DNA of 41,027 bases from Candidatus Bathyarchaeota archaeon (lineage in GTDB: Archaea; Thermoproteota; Bathyarchaeia; Bathyarchaeales; Bathyarchaeaceae): assembly GCA_020346825.1 (NCBI GenBank), contig CP070791.1, forward strand, positions 920,463 to 961,489, written 5' to 3'. The translations under genes and the position numbers were made by a program. The notes under the pieces were generated by a model, which was not told where the DNA came from, ran no database searches, and was given only the letters and a program-made list of their open reading frames with translations. The first letter of the stretch is position 1; every line of letters begins with the position of its first letter. This document shows positions 27,817 through 36,299 of this stretch, piece by piece.

Positions 27817-29061
27817 TCATAGTATAGACATTTTTGCTCTGTTTCCCAGAGTTTCTTCTATTCGGGTGAGTTCGTTGATTTTCGCCACTCGCTCTCCTTG
27901 TAGTACGCCAGTCTTGATCACTGGACAGGAGAAAGCTATTGCTAAATGAGCTATGTGGGCATCGCTTGTTTCTCCGGAGCGATGGGACACAACAGGAATA
28001 TATTGCGCTTTCTTAGCCACTCTTGTAGTCTCCCAAGCGTCTGTGAGGGTGCCTACTTGGTTTCCTTTTATGATGATGGAGTTTGCAGCGCGAACTTTTA
28101 TCCCTCGAATTAATCTCTCTCGGTTTGTGACAAACAAGTCGTCGCCACAAATAAGACTTTTCTTGACCTTTCTAGTGAGTTCTGCAAAGCTTTCATAGTC
28201 TTCTTCATGAAATGGGTCTTCAACATAGGCGAGGTTGTAATCTTCAACGAGACGCAAAACGAATTCCAGTTGTTCTCCAGAATCTCGTTTTATTCCGTCT
28301 CTGGTGTAAACGTAACATTTTTCTTTCTGGCTCCACAGGGTGGAAGCTGCCACATCAAGGCCTGCTCTGCATCCAACACCTTGTTCCCTTGAGACTTCTT
28401 CACAAGCCTTCACCACAATTCTTAAGGCGTTTTCACTTTTCATGTTGGGAGCCCAAGCTCCTTCATCTCCTCTTCCACCAGTGAAGGTCTTGTTTGACTT
28501 TTTGAGATAAACACCAACCTTTTGATGAACCAAAACGTTGGCTTTGGCGGCATCCGAAAAGCTTGGTGCTTGTAGGGGGATAGTTAGATACTCTTGGATG
28601 TCTAGCGTCTTCCCGAGGGCGTGTTTTCCACCACCCAAAACATTTCCGAGAGGATATGGAAGCTCGTTTGTGAGATAGCCGGAAAGATGTTGAAACAAAG
28701 GCATGCCGTAAGAGGTCGCAGCTGCTTCAGCTGTAGCTAGGGAGACAGCGAAAGCCGTGTTTCCTCCGAGATTTCCAAAATCCTTTGTTCCGTCAATTTC
28801 GTGAAGAAGAAAGTCAATTTCTTCTTGTTCCTCCGCGTCCAAGCCAACTAGCTCGGGACCAATAAATTCCTCTACCTTCTTGATTGCTGTGTTCACCCCT
28901 TCTTTGGGGTACGGAGCAACCTCAGCCTTGCCCCTGCTAGCTCCAGCGGGAGCAGAGGCCCTTCCAAACCCCGCCGTAGTTACAATGTCAATTTCAATAG
29001 TCTCCTCGCCTCGGCTGTTGAAGATTTTTCGGGCTATAACATCTTCGATGATTGATGACAT
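27817..29061 (-). CDS. eno: Enolase
   Basis: 414 aa: SRGEETIEIDI, ASAPAGASRGKAE, IIKGNQVGTLT, SHRSGET. Confidence 0.92.
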   Translation of the reverse strand: MSSIIEDVIARKIFNSRGEETIEIDIVTTAGFGRASAPAGASRGKAEVAPYPKEGVNTAIKKVEEFIGPELVGLDAEEQEEIDFLLHEIDGTKDFGNLGGNTAFAVSLATAEAAATSYGMPLFQHLSGYLTNELPYPLGNVLGGGKHALGKTLDIQEYLTIPLQAPSFSDAAKANVLVHQKVGVYLKKSNKTFTGGRGDEGAWAPNMKSENALRIVVKACEEVSREQGVGCRAGLDVAASTLWSQKEKCYVYTRDGIKRDSGEQLEFVLRLVEDYNLAYVEDPFHEEDYESFAELTRKVKKSLICGDDLFVTNRERLIRGIKVRAANSIIIKGNQVGTLTDAWETTRVAKKAQYIPVVSHRSGETSDAHIAHLAIAFSCPVIKTGVLQGERVAKINELTRIEETLGNRAKMSIL

Positions 29062-29073
29062 GCTGATCGCCCA

Positions 29074-29301
29074 TCAAAATGGTTTGACTTGTTTCCTCCT
29101 TCCTTTCTCTTCGTGAAACTTGAGAATCTCGTCGGCGATTTCAATGTGAGACAACAGCATGCGGCGACAACAATATCGTGTCACCCCTAGGCTGTCCAAG
29201 ACTTTCTTTGAATCTTCTCCTGCCATCACTCTTCTGGTGAAGTCTTCCCATTTATCTCCGATTAACTTGCCACATGTAAAGCAGCGTACTGGTATAATTA
29301 T
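29074..29301 (-). CDS. rpoN: DNA-directed RNA polymerase subunit N (Rpo10), apparent ATA start
   Basis: Absent from the ORF track. My minus-strand translation gives (I)[74 protein letters not shown], then stop. An in-frame TGA at 29308-29310 leaves only GCT AAA ATA ATT ATA before PVRC. GGAGG lies 10 nt upstream of ATA 29301. Confidence 0.8.
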   Translation of the reverse strand: MIIPVRCFTCGKLIGDKWEDFTRRVMAGEDSKKVLDSLGVTRYCCRRMLLSHIEIADEILKFHEEKGRRKQVKPF

Positions 29302-29446
29302 TTTAGCTCAACCTCCTTTCCACATTTCTAACTTCCAGATAATAAAGTGTTTCCGAGCATCACGTTCCTACTTATACGTTTCGACTTAGTTTCAACATGA
29401 ACCTTTTAGCACTTTCGCTTGGCCTACGTCATGCGTCTGATGGTGT

Positions 29447-29860
29447 TTATCTATAACTTTTTTGACTCCTAGCCCTTGCACCTGGACCTCCAAACTTTTT
29501 GGGCTCTTTTCGCCTATGATCGCCTGCAATCATGGTTCGATCATAGTCGCGGAGGGCTGTTCTGAGGCGAGCGCTTTTTGTCCATTTAATTAGACATTTG
29601 GCTATGGCTATTCGCGTGGCTTCAGCCTGCCCCATGAAGCCTCCGCCCGACACCGCAACATTGATGTCAAGTTGTTTCCATATTTCATCATCTACTAGGA
29701 GAAGGGGCTCCATTATTTTGTCACGAGCCAGTTTTGGTTCAAAAATCTCCACAGGGATATTGTTTACGCGAATTCTTCCTTTTCCAGCTCTGACTGTTGC
29801 TCGGGCTGTAGCTGTCTTTCGCTTTCCGCTCAATACCAAGACTTTTTTGGATTTTGACAT
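29447..29860 (-). CDS. rps9: 30S ribosomal protein S9 (uS9)
   Basis: [23 protein letters not shown]...[10 protein letters not shown]...[18 protein letters not shown] prefer the ATG at 29860, immediately after the rpl13 stop codon. The track start at 29908 would overlap rpl13. Confidence 0.9.
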   Translation of the reverse strand: MSKSKKVLVLSGKRKTATARATVRAGKGRIRVNNIPVEIFEPKLARDKIMEPLLLVDDEIWKQLDINVAVSGGGFMGQAEATRIAIAKCLIKWTKSARLRTALRDYDRTMIAGDHRRKEPKKFGGPGARARSQKSYR

Positions 29861-29861
29861 A

Positions 29862-30302
29862 TTACTCACCTTTTGAGGACCAACCGATTTCTTTGGCAAT
29901 CTCTCCAACGGTTACATAGGGGCATTTCAGCCTTTCTGCGCTGGCTTCGGACAATGTTTGGGCTCCCTTGTCCTCGAGTTCTGATGGTGTGTCAAGGTAA
30001 ACCTTAAGTCTTTTGAACGCTTGCTTTCCCCTAGGTTTCTTTCGAGGAAGCATGCCACGAATGGTTCTTCGAACAATTTTGTCAGGTCTCCTAGGGTGGT
30101 ATGGACCCTTTCTTGGGTGGCCAACTTCAAGGAACGTTTTCGCGTCTCTAACTCTGCTCAATCTTATACCAGATATAGCTGCTTTTTCAGCGTTTACGAT
30201 AGTAATCGTCTCGCCTTGGAGAAGACGTTTGGCTATGATGCTAGCCATTCGACCAAGAATCAGTCCCTTCGCGTCTATAATCACAGCGTTTTCGAAACTC
30301 AT
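29862..30302 (-). CDS. rpl13: 50S ribosomal protein L13 (uL13)
   Basis: 146 aa: [35 protein letters not shown]. Confidence 0.9.
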   Translation of the reverse strand: MSFENAVIIDAKGLILGRMASIIAKRLLQGETITIVNAEKAAISGIRLSRVRDAKTFLEVGHPRKGPYHPRRPDKIVRRTIRGMLPRKKPRGKQAFKRLKVYLDTPSELEDKGAQTLSEASAERLKCPYVTVGEIAKEIGWSSKGE

Positions 30303-30307
30303 TCTAG

Positions 30308-30670
30308 TTACCCCATGACTCTAACGTTGGTGCCCTTAGGGTTTTTATCCATTAAGACTTTGATTGACAAGCATGTTCCTTTGGCCTTTAGGATTTTAGA
30401 TCGTGCTTGTTCGGAAAAGGTAAAGGCGGCTACGTTAATCGGGTGATCAATCCTTCCAGCGCCCAGCACTTTGCCTGGAACCGCTACGGTTTCCCCTTCA
30501 TTCGTGTGGCGGTTTAATCCACTTACGTTTACTGCTATGCGTCTTCTTTTTGAGCTTAGCAGGCGATCGGCTATGCAACGCCATATCTCTACCTGGTTTT
30601 CCCGGGATTTCTTTCTTAAAGACCGCATAAGAGCAATTAGCTCTGGATTGGTTGTTCTAACTTTCTTCAC
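30308..30670 (-). CDS. rpl18e: 50S ribosomal protein L18e
   Basis: 120 aa: TNPELIALMRSLRKKSRENQVEIWRCIADRL...RRRIAVNVSGLNRHT. Position between rpoD and rpl13 supports the call. Confidence 0.85.
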   Translation of the reverse strand: MKKVRTTNPELIALMRSLRKKSRENQVEIWRCIADRLLSSKRRRIAVNVSGLNRHTNEGETVAVPGKVLGAGRIDHPINVAAFTFSEQARSKILKAKGTCLSIKVLMDKNPKGTNVRVMG

Positions 30671-31512
30671 TTTTTCTTCACTTTTTTCAATTGATTGGAG
30701 AAATCCTTAATCTTTTGGTTAAGAATTTTGAGGGCTTCAAGCACGATTCGTTCAATCGGAAGACCGCCGTTGGATTCGATTCTAAAAACGAAAGCCTCTT
30801 TGTTCCAAGATATTTCGATGGGTGGCGGATTTTGTGGACAAGCATCCACACAATCCATGCAAAGGGTGCATTTAATCACATTCTGGGTTCCTATTCCTTC
30901 CTCAATGTCTACAAGAACCCTTTCAGGGCATAGCTTTACGCATTCGGCACATGCATTACATCGTTCTAAATCGATTTTGATTTGTGGCAGATACTTGTAG
31001 GTACACATGGAGACCGGCTGCCATTTCGCGTGATCTTTTCCCTTACCTAGTCGAGCGTATGCTTCCAATTTTATTTTTTGTTCAGGAGCCAGCTTTACTA
31101 TTTGGATCTTTCCGCTAACGGGTGTGATGTCTGGGTTCTCTGACTTCAAATCCCTAGAGTGAACCGTTATCGTTTTCTCCGTGGCTTCAGCTTCTAGAGT
31201 CAAAGTAAGGCGACAAAGGTTGCATCCAAACTCGCTTTTGCATGTACACTCCTCGGGAAGATTGTAGGAATCTAGATCTGTTCCAAGAGGAATGAATCCC
31301 ATTCTATGAGCTAGAATCTCGTCGTTAATCATGGAAGAATTTTCGAGGATAACCACTTCGTCTATGGCCATGGCAGGGACTTCAGAAGTCATGATTCTGC
31401 GCAAAGCGTTTACGAAGGGCACATTAACTCCTTTGACAATGAATCGCATGTAATCCTTAGTTTTTTCAAGGATTTCAATCTCTACCACAGTTAAACCTCT
31501 TTTTTCAATCAC
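30667..31512 (-). CDS. rpoD: DNA-directed RNA polymerase subunit D (Rpo3) with 4Fe-4S ferredoxin-like insert
   Basis: FVNALRRIMTSEVPAMAIDEV, plus CNACAECVKLCP and CTLCMDCVDACP clusters. The track start is GTG 31512. A GTG at 31488 (MVEIEILEK), preceded by AGAGGT, may be the true start. Confidence 0.9.
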   Translation of the reverse strand: MIEKRGLTVVEIEILEKTKDYMRFIVKGVNVPFVNALRRIMTSEVPAMAIDEVVILENSSMINDEILAHRMGFIPLGTDLDSYNLPEECTCKSEFGCNLCRLTLTLEAEATEKTITVHSRDLKSENPDITPVSGKIQIVKLAPEQKIKLEAYARLGKGKDHAKWQPVSMCTYKYLPQIKIDLERCNACAECVKLCPERVLVDIEEGIGTQNVIKCTLCMDCVDACPQNPPPIEISWNKEAFVFRIESNGGLPIERIVLEALKILNQKIKDFSNQLKKVKKK

Positions 31513-31580
31513 TCACAAACGCTTGTGCTTTTCAAAGGAGAAAAAGGCATTATTTCAATATTTTGGTTCTCTGGAGAAGT

Positions 31581-31594
31581 GGATAATATTTTTC
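31581..31594 (-). promoter_or_regulatory. Candidate BRE/TATA element upstream of rpoD
   Basis: The minus strand reads GAAAAATATTATCC in the 129-nt rps11-rpoD spacer. It is nearly identical to the element upstream of mvk. Confidence 0.3.
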
Positions 31595-31641
31595 AGCTGC
31601 CTATTTTTTGGCTTTTCCATTCTCTTTTAGAGGCCAACTTG

Positions 31642-32037
31642 CTAAACTCTACGCCCTCTGCGTCCTCCTTTCCTTCTCGTTCCATCATGTGGAATTGGTG
31701 TCACCTCTTCGATGCGACCTATGCGGAATCCCGCCCTCGCCAAGGCGCGTATAGCGGCTTGAGCCCCTGGACCAGGTGTTCTGGCTCCTGACCCTCCCGG
31801 CGCTCGAACTTTCACATGTATGGCAGTTACTCCCTTGTCTCTGGCGATGGAAGCAGCGTGACGTGCAGCTCGCATAGCAGCATAGCCCGACGATTCCAAC
31901 CGATCTGCCTTAACGTGCATTCCCCCTGAAGCTCTCGCAATGGTTTCTGCACCTGATACATCAGTGAAATGGATGATAGTGTTATTGTAGGAGCTATAAA
32001 CGTGAACAACCGCCCATCTCTCAGCTTTCTTACTCAC
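31642..32037 (-). CDS. rps11: 30S ribosomal protein S11 (uS11)
   Basis: 131 aa: [19 protein letters not shown]...GG.G....[20 protein letters not shown]. Confidence 0.92.
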   Translation of the reverse strand: MSKKAERWAVVHVYSSYNNTIIHFTDVSGAETIARASGGMHVKADRLESSGYAAMRAARHAASIARDKGVTAIHVKVRAPGGSGARTPGPGAQAAIRALARAGFRIGRIEEVTPIPHDGTRRKGGRRGRRV

Positions 32038-32594
32038 AACTTTTCCCCCTCAACCTTTGATTTTGCCTTGGCTGCAACGTTTTCAGATTTTCGCTGAGGA
32101 TAATTGGTGTCTGAAAAGGGGCTCTTTGCAGCATAAGCTATTCTCGCTTCTTCTTCTTTAGGAACTAGGTAGCTTGGAGAGGACACGCGCCTCCCTGCGA
32201 TGGCAACATGTCCATGCGTGACAAGCTGACGAGCTTGATATACAGACTTTGCTAATCCCTTCTGAAAAACGAGCGTCTGGAGTCTACGTTCAAGTATGTC
32301 CTCCAAAGATAAATCCAAAACATCATCCAGAGCAGCTGTATCTGGCAGAATCCCCAGACGATCAAGCCTGTCCAGAAGTTGTTTTTCCGTTATTTTCCGT
32401 TCTTCAACAGACTTGCCCAAGAGTGATCGAGCTATTCCTCGATATTTTGAGAGCAACGTTTTGTGGTGCCAAATTTCTCTCTTGTTTCGCAACCCGTATT
32501 GACCTAGCAACTTGAGTTCGGTTTCCAGTATGTCAGTTCGCCAAGGAAACCTCGGTGATTCAAATTTCTTTCGTTGTTTTCTAGGGTCCCCCAT
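32034..32594 (-). CDS. rps4: 30S ribosomal protein S4 (uS4)
   Basis: 186 aa: [28 protein letters not shown], and an S4 RNA-binding domain ([26 protein letters not shown]). Confidence 0.92.
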   Translation of the reverse strand: MGDPRKQRKKFESPRFPWRTDILETELKLLGQYGLRNKREIWHHKTLLSKYRGIARSLLGKSVEERKITEKQLLDRLDRLGILPDTAALDDVLDLSLEDILERRLQTLVFQKGLAKSVYQARQLVTHGHVAIAGRRVSSPSYLVPKEEEARIAYAAKSPFSDTNYPQRKSENVAAKAKSKVEGEKL

Positions 32595-33052
32595 TACTTC
32601 TTCCGCACCTGTTTTTTCCTGACACCCATTGCCTTACCCTTCCTACCTGTTGTTCTTGTTCGTTGCCCCCGCACCTTCAACCCATGGCTGTGACGAAAAC
32701 CTTTCCAAGATCTCATTTTTTTCATCTGATCTATGTCGGTTTTTGTCCGGAGCACTAGGTCAGAGCTTATTAGATGGTCATTGATGCCGGTTTCTCTGTC
32801 CTTTTGGCGATTCAGAAACCAATCAGGCATACCGTATTTTGTAGGTTTTTCTATTATCTCTTCTATTTTTTTAACCTCGGCGTCGGAGAGGAAGCCCATT
32901 CGAGTTTCTGGATTGATGCTAGCTCTTTCTATGATGGTAGTGGCTAATCTTGTTCCTACTCCCTTAATGTTTGTCAGCGCGTAGACTACTGGTTGCGTTC
33001 CGTCTAGATCAGTGCCGGCAATCCGTATGATATGTTGAAACTCTCTGGACAT
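32594..33052 (-). CDS. rps13: 30S ribosomal protein S13 (uS13)
   Basis: 152 aa: IIRIAGTDLDG...VVYALTNIKGVG...RGQRTRTTGRKG. Confidence 0.92.
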   Translation of the reverse strand: MSREFQHIIRIAGTDLDGTQPVVYALTNIKGVGTRLATTIIERASINPETRMGFLSDAEVKKIEEIIEKPTKYGMPDWFLNRQKDRETGINDHLISSDLVLRTKTDIDQMKKMRSWKGFRHSHGLKVRGQRTRTTGRKGKAMGVRKKQVRKK

Positions 33053-33096
33053 TTTGGTTTTTCACGTCTCTTTTGAACTAACTACGGAAGTGATTT

Positions 33097-33116
33097 GCAT
33101 TTTATTTAAGCTTTCC
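33097..33116 (-). promoter_or_regulatory. Candidate BRE/TATA element for the rps13 operon
   Basis: The minus strand reads GGAAAGCTTAAATAAAATGC, about 45-65 nt upstream of the rps13 ATG at 33052. Confidence 0.3.
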
Positions 33117-33305
33117 TTTGTCAGCATCAGTTCTTCGATGAAGACAAAAGTCTTCGTCCCTACCGTCCTATCCGAAATGCTAAGGCGCGGCGCATTCTTC
33201 CGTTACAAGAATATGTCGAACTTCGATATGTCATTAGTAGGAGTGTGAAAAGGTATTACATGCATGCGACGTGCTTGCACACTTTAACGTAGAAGAAGAT
33301 TATTG

Positions 33306-33319
33306 ATGCGTGCACGCAT
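33306..33319. repeat. Perfect 14-bp palindrome ATGCGTGCACGCAT
   Basis: Read directly from the sequence. It is its own reverse complement and lies within a 15-nt strictly alternating purine/pyrimidine run (33306-33320). Confidence 0.95.
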
Positions 33320-33748
33320 GAATTATTCCTTGTCTTGGAACATTTTGTGGAGGGAACACTCCTTTTAGGGTTTCAAGTTCTGTTTATTAGATAAGTGTCA
33401 GAAAATGCGAGTGCAGTCGTTGTTAAGAAGAACTTGGAACATGTTTTCTGGTCAACACGTCTGCGCGCATCAAAAAGAGACACCGCTGGCTAAACTCGGT
33501 GCGAAGAAAGGAAGAGGTTCTTCAAAGTGCCTTTATTTTTTTGGATATTTGACGAGTCTCTATAAGGAAATCCCTATCCCGCAAGAATGCCTAACTTGCA
33601 AAGAAATTTTGGAATGCAGAGACATATGGAGTACCTAATCTGGCGCACTTGAAGTTGACTGCAGGTATACCTGAAGACCAGTAAGCCAAATCAACAGGAG
33701 AAAGCGCGCGCACTGAAAAACTAACGTGTCAAGGCTAATGCATGCATG

Positions 33749-34114
33749 TTAGTTTTTTGTCCTCTTCTTCAACCATGTTGCCACTTGTCTTAGATATGGA
33801 ATCGAAGTCTGGTCAATAATTGGGACTTCCAGTGCGCCTATCTTTTTTATAGATTGATATTCAGGCATAGATGAAAACAATACTGAAGCTAGGTACATTG
33901 TGCCTTTCAACGCTTGTTCAATTATTGCGTCATTTTCTGGGTGATAAGGTATAGCAAGAAACACAATTCCTTCTGCCCAGTTTAATGCTACTGGGTGTCC
34001 AGATCTTGCCATCAATTCTACCCTTTTGAAGAACTCCGTATTAGAGAACTCTGCACACTCCAAAATGATGATCTTCCTAGTCGGCTGAAAAGTGATTTCA
34101 ATCTCATCTTCCAT
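33749..34114 (-). CDS. Hypothetical protein
   Basis: 121-aa ORF with globular-looking composition. GAGGGA lies 7 nt upstream of the ATG. No domain recognised. Confidence 0.5.
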   Translation of the reverse strand: MEDEIEITFQPTRKIIILECAEFSNTEFFKRVELMARSGHPVALNWAEGIVFLAIPYHPENDAIIEQALKGTMYLASVLFSSMPEYQSIKKIGALEVPIIDQTSIPYLRQVATWLKKRTKN

Positions 34115-34249
34115 TCCAATATCCCTCAGTTACATGTATGGTAGGTTATCCTTCTGATCTTACAACTCTAACAGTTGCTTTCTTAAATCTTTAGTACACC
34201 TTGAACTGTAGTGACTGTGAGGATTAGAAGGAGAAAGGAGGTGGTATCT

Positions 34250-34522
34250 TTGAGGTTAAGGAAGTGTGCGATGAAACGTGAAGAGATAGTGAATTCTGGT
34301 GGTGCACATTGCGATGGAGGATTTGTTTTCTGGGTACTCGGATTAACATTCGCTACTTTGGGAGTTGCTAGTGATGCTATGAACATCAGTCTAGTCTTAG
34401 AATCAACATCTTGGTTATTACTGTCAATCGTATTTTGTTTATCAGGCATAGCTAGTTGGATGGCTTGGATGCTAGCTGTGCACCTAGATGCTATCAAAGG
34501 AAAAAGCAAAAAAGGGGAGTAA
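34250..34522 (+). CDS. Small hypothetical membrane protein (2 TM)
   Basis: The plus-strand ORF (track 34211..34522) contains two clear hydrophobic helices (GFVFWVLGLTFATLGVA, WLLLSIVFCLSGIASWMAWMLAV). An in-frame TTG at 34250 sits 6 nt after GGAGGTGG. The competing minus-strand ORF 34183..34560 looks non-protein-like. Confidence 0.35.
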   Translation: MRLRKCAMKREEIVNSGGAHCDGGFVFWVLGLTFATLGVASDAMNISLVLESTSWLLLSIVFCLSGIASWMAWMLAVHLDAIKGKSKKGE

Positions 34523-34745
34523 GTATACCCTCTCTTTTTTCTGTTCTCGCTAACAAACAATCAAAAACCAGTAGAATGCATGTGGTGTTAACTCTTTTAC
34601 AAGTAATAGAAACGTGAAGGATGGGGTACTAGTCTCTTTTCTCTGATTTTGGTCTTCCTATCCATCTTGGGGTTCTATTCATGTATTCTCTATAGGTATC
34701 TCCATACTTCTCGAGAAGAATGCGTTCTTCCCCAGGCGCGCGCGC

Positions 34746-34760
34746 GCGCAAGCGTGAAAA
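34746..34760. repeat. (GC)7 alternating tract
   Basis: GCGCGCGCGCGCGCA, read directly, in the AT-rich spacer about 100 nt upstream of the ParB-like gene. Confidence 0.95.
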
Positions 34761-34856
34761 GAGCTTCTTTCCTTAAGATACATATAATTATTCGTTTTCG
34801 ATAGATTAAAATCTATGATGTTTTCTTTCTTGATGTCGATTGGACAGAAAATGTGA

Positions 34857-35729
34857 GTGCGTATCGTCATGGTCAAAGAAGCCTTTCCCATAATTCATCC
34901 CAAAATCAAACTTGAAATAAAGCTGGAAAAGGTGGAAAACCTACACATCCACGAGGAGGTAATACCGCATATCCTTCACAAACTCACTGAGGACATAAGA
35001 GCAGATAACCTCTTTAAGCATCCAGTAATAGTGGATTCAAAAACGCTTGTTGTGCTCGACGGAATGCATCGAGTCGCCGCAACCAAAAACCTTGGATGTC
35101 GCTTCATACCAGTCTGTCTGGTTGAATATGACAATCCTCATATAAAGGTAGGTTGTTGGTGTCGCGTGATAAATCACTCTTCGAACCTTAAGAAACTCGT
35201 GAGGTCCATTAGAGAAACAGGATATGTCGTTGAAGAATGTCAAGGAGAGAAAGCTCGCAAACTGGTTAATGAAAGAAAAGCAATAGCGGCAATCATGGCA
35301 TCCTCCAAATGTTTTGCTGTGTACGGACCTCAAAAGAACATCAGAGAAATCTACGAAGCGATAAAGCAAATAGAACTGAAACTCGGATCTCACGGGTATT
35401 CGATAAGTTATGACACGGAAAGTGACGCTCAAAAAAAAGTGTCATCAGGAAACACTCTTTCCATGCTTATGGCGCCTAGTGTCTCGAAAAAGGATGTAGT
35501 AGAAGTGGCGTTGAAGAGAGAAGTTTTCGCCCACAAAACAACACGTCACGTAATCCCTGTACGTCCCCTCTTTGTGAATGTTCCCCTCGAAATGCTGAAG
35601 GGCACATTAACCCTCAAGAAAGTCAACGAAATTCTAGTGGAAAATCTGACCAAAAAACAGATTACGCGCCTTCCTCCAGGCCAAATCATAGATCGCCGTT
35701 ATGAGGAAGAACTTTACGTCTTCGAATGA
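34857..35729 (+). CDS. ParB/sulfiredoxin-fold protein, possibly a SerK/SbnI-like free-serine kinase
   Basis: 290 aa. N-terminal ParB/Srx-like signature LHIHEEVIPHILHKLTEDIRADNLFKHPVIVDSKTLVVLDGMHRVAATKNLG. A C-terminal domain of about 180 aa is unassigned. The start may be ATG 34869 instead of GTG 34857. Confidence 0.65.
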   Translation: MRIVMVKEAFPIIHPKIKLEIKLEKVENLHIHEEVIPHILHKLTEDIRADNLFKHPVIVDSKTLVVLDGMHRVAATKNLGCRFIPVCLVEYDNPHIKVGCWCRVINHSSNLKKLVRSIRETGYVVEECQGEKARKLVNERKAIAAIMASSKCFAVYGPQKNIREIYEAIKQIELKLGSHGYSISYDTESDAQKKVSSGNTLSMLMAPSVSKKDVVEVALKREVFAHKTTRHVIPVRPLFVNVPLEMLKGTLTLKKVNEILVENLTKKQITRLPPGQIIDRRYEEELYVFE

Positions 35730-35735
35730 ACCACA

Positions 35736-36164
35736 TTAGGTTGGAGGCCTCCTTGTTGTCCATTCTGGAACATGTGCCTCTGAAATCGAATCCAGTCTTG
35801 GAATGTACGGTTTTATGTCAATTATCGGAGAATTCTGAAGCGCGTCTAACCCCTTCAAAGTTAGAATGCATCCTTTTTTTTCCAGAAGTTCGGTGACACA
35901 GAGCCCAACAGGGTTTGGTCGACTAGGACTTCTTGACGCAAAAACGCCAACCTCCGGAGCACTTGGATGCCTTCTAGGAACAACTTTTAGGACGCTACGC
36001 TCCTTTTCGTTGTCCCGCACATGAAACCAATATACAATGATGACATAAGAAAAATCGTCGAGATGTTGTAGACCTCTGCAAAATTCTGGAAAAACTTTTA
36101 CCTTCGATAACTCGCCTGCACTCTCAACCCTGCCAATGAATTTGAGTTGGCCTTCTTTGACCAT
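35736..36164 (-). CDS. trmO: TsaA/TrmO-family tRNA methyltransferase (YaeB/UPF0066)
   Basis: 142 aa: FSYVIIVYWFH, GVFASRSPSRPNPVGLCV, LDALQNSPIIDIKPYIP. Confidence 0.85.
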   Translation of the reverse strand: MVKEGQLKFIGRVESAGELSKVKVFPEFCRGLQHLDDFSYVIIVYWFHVRDNEKERSVLKVVPRRHPSAPEVGVFASRSPSRPNPVGLCVTELLEKKGCILTLKGLDALQNSPIIDIKPYIPRLDSISEAHVPEWTTRRPPT

Positions 36165-36299
36165 TTAAGCCTCTCCAACAACATAATATCAAACACGCTG
36201 AAAAAGGAGTTGCCCTTGTCATGCGAGCAAGCTGCTTGCCATGAATCTTGACCAAACATACAAAACTGATAAAAACCCATTGGCTTCTTACTAGGATTT

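Noticed and set aside
33118-33240. Box C/D sRNA candidates in spacers, for example ATGAAGA...CCGA around 33138-33180
   Set aside because: There is no exact C box (RUGAUGA) paired with a D box (CUGA) at the right spacing with terminal complementarity.
33405-33638. 77-aa plus-strand ORF in the 700-bp spacer
   Set aside because: It has no SD or TATA at a suitable distance, and an odd Cys/Lys/Leu composition with no zinc-ribbon spacing. I treat the region as non-coding. A real small protein cannot be excluded without conservation data.
34183-34560. 125-aa minus-strand ORF competing with the plus-strand miniprotein
   Set aside because: The translation is Thr/Ser/Pro/Gln-rich with no structure-like pattern. 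The plus-strand frame gives two clean TM helices and an SD-spaced TTG.
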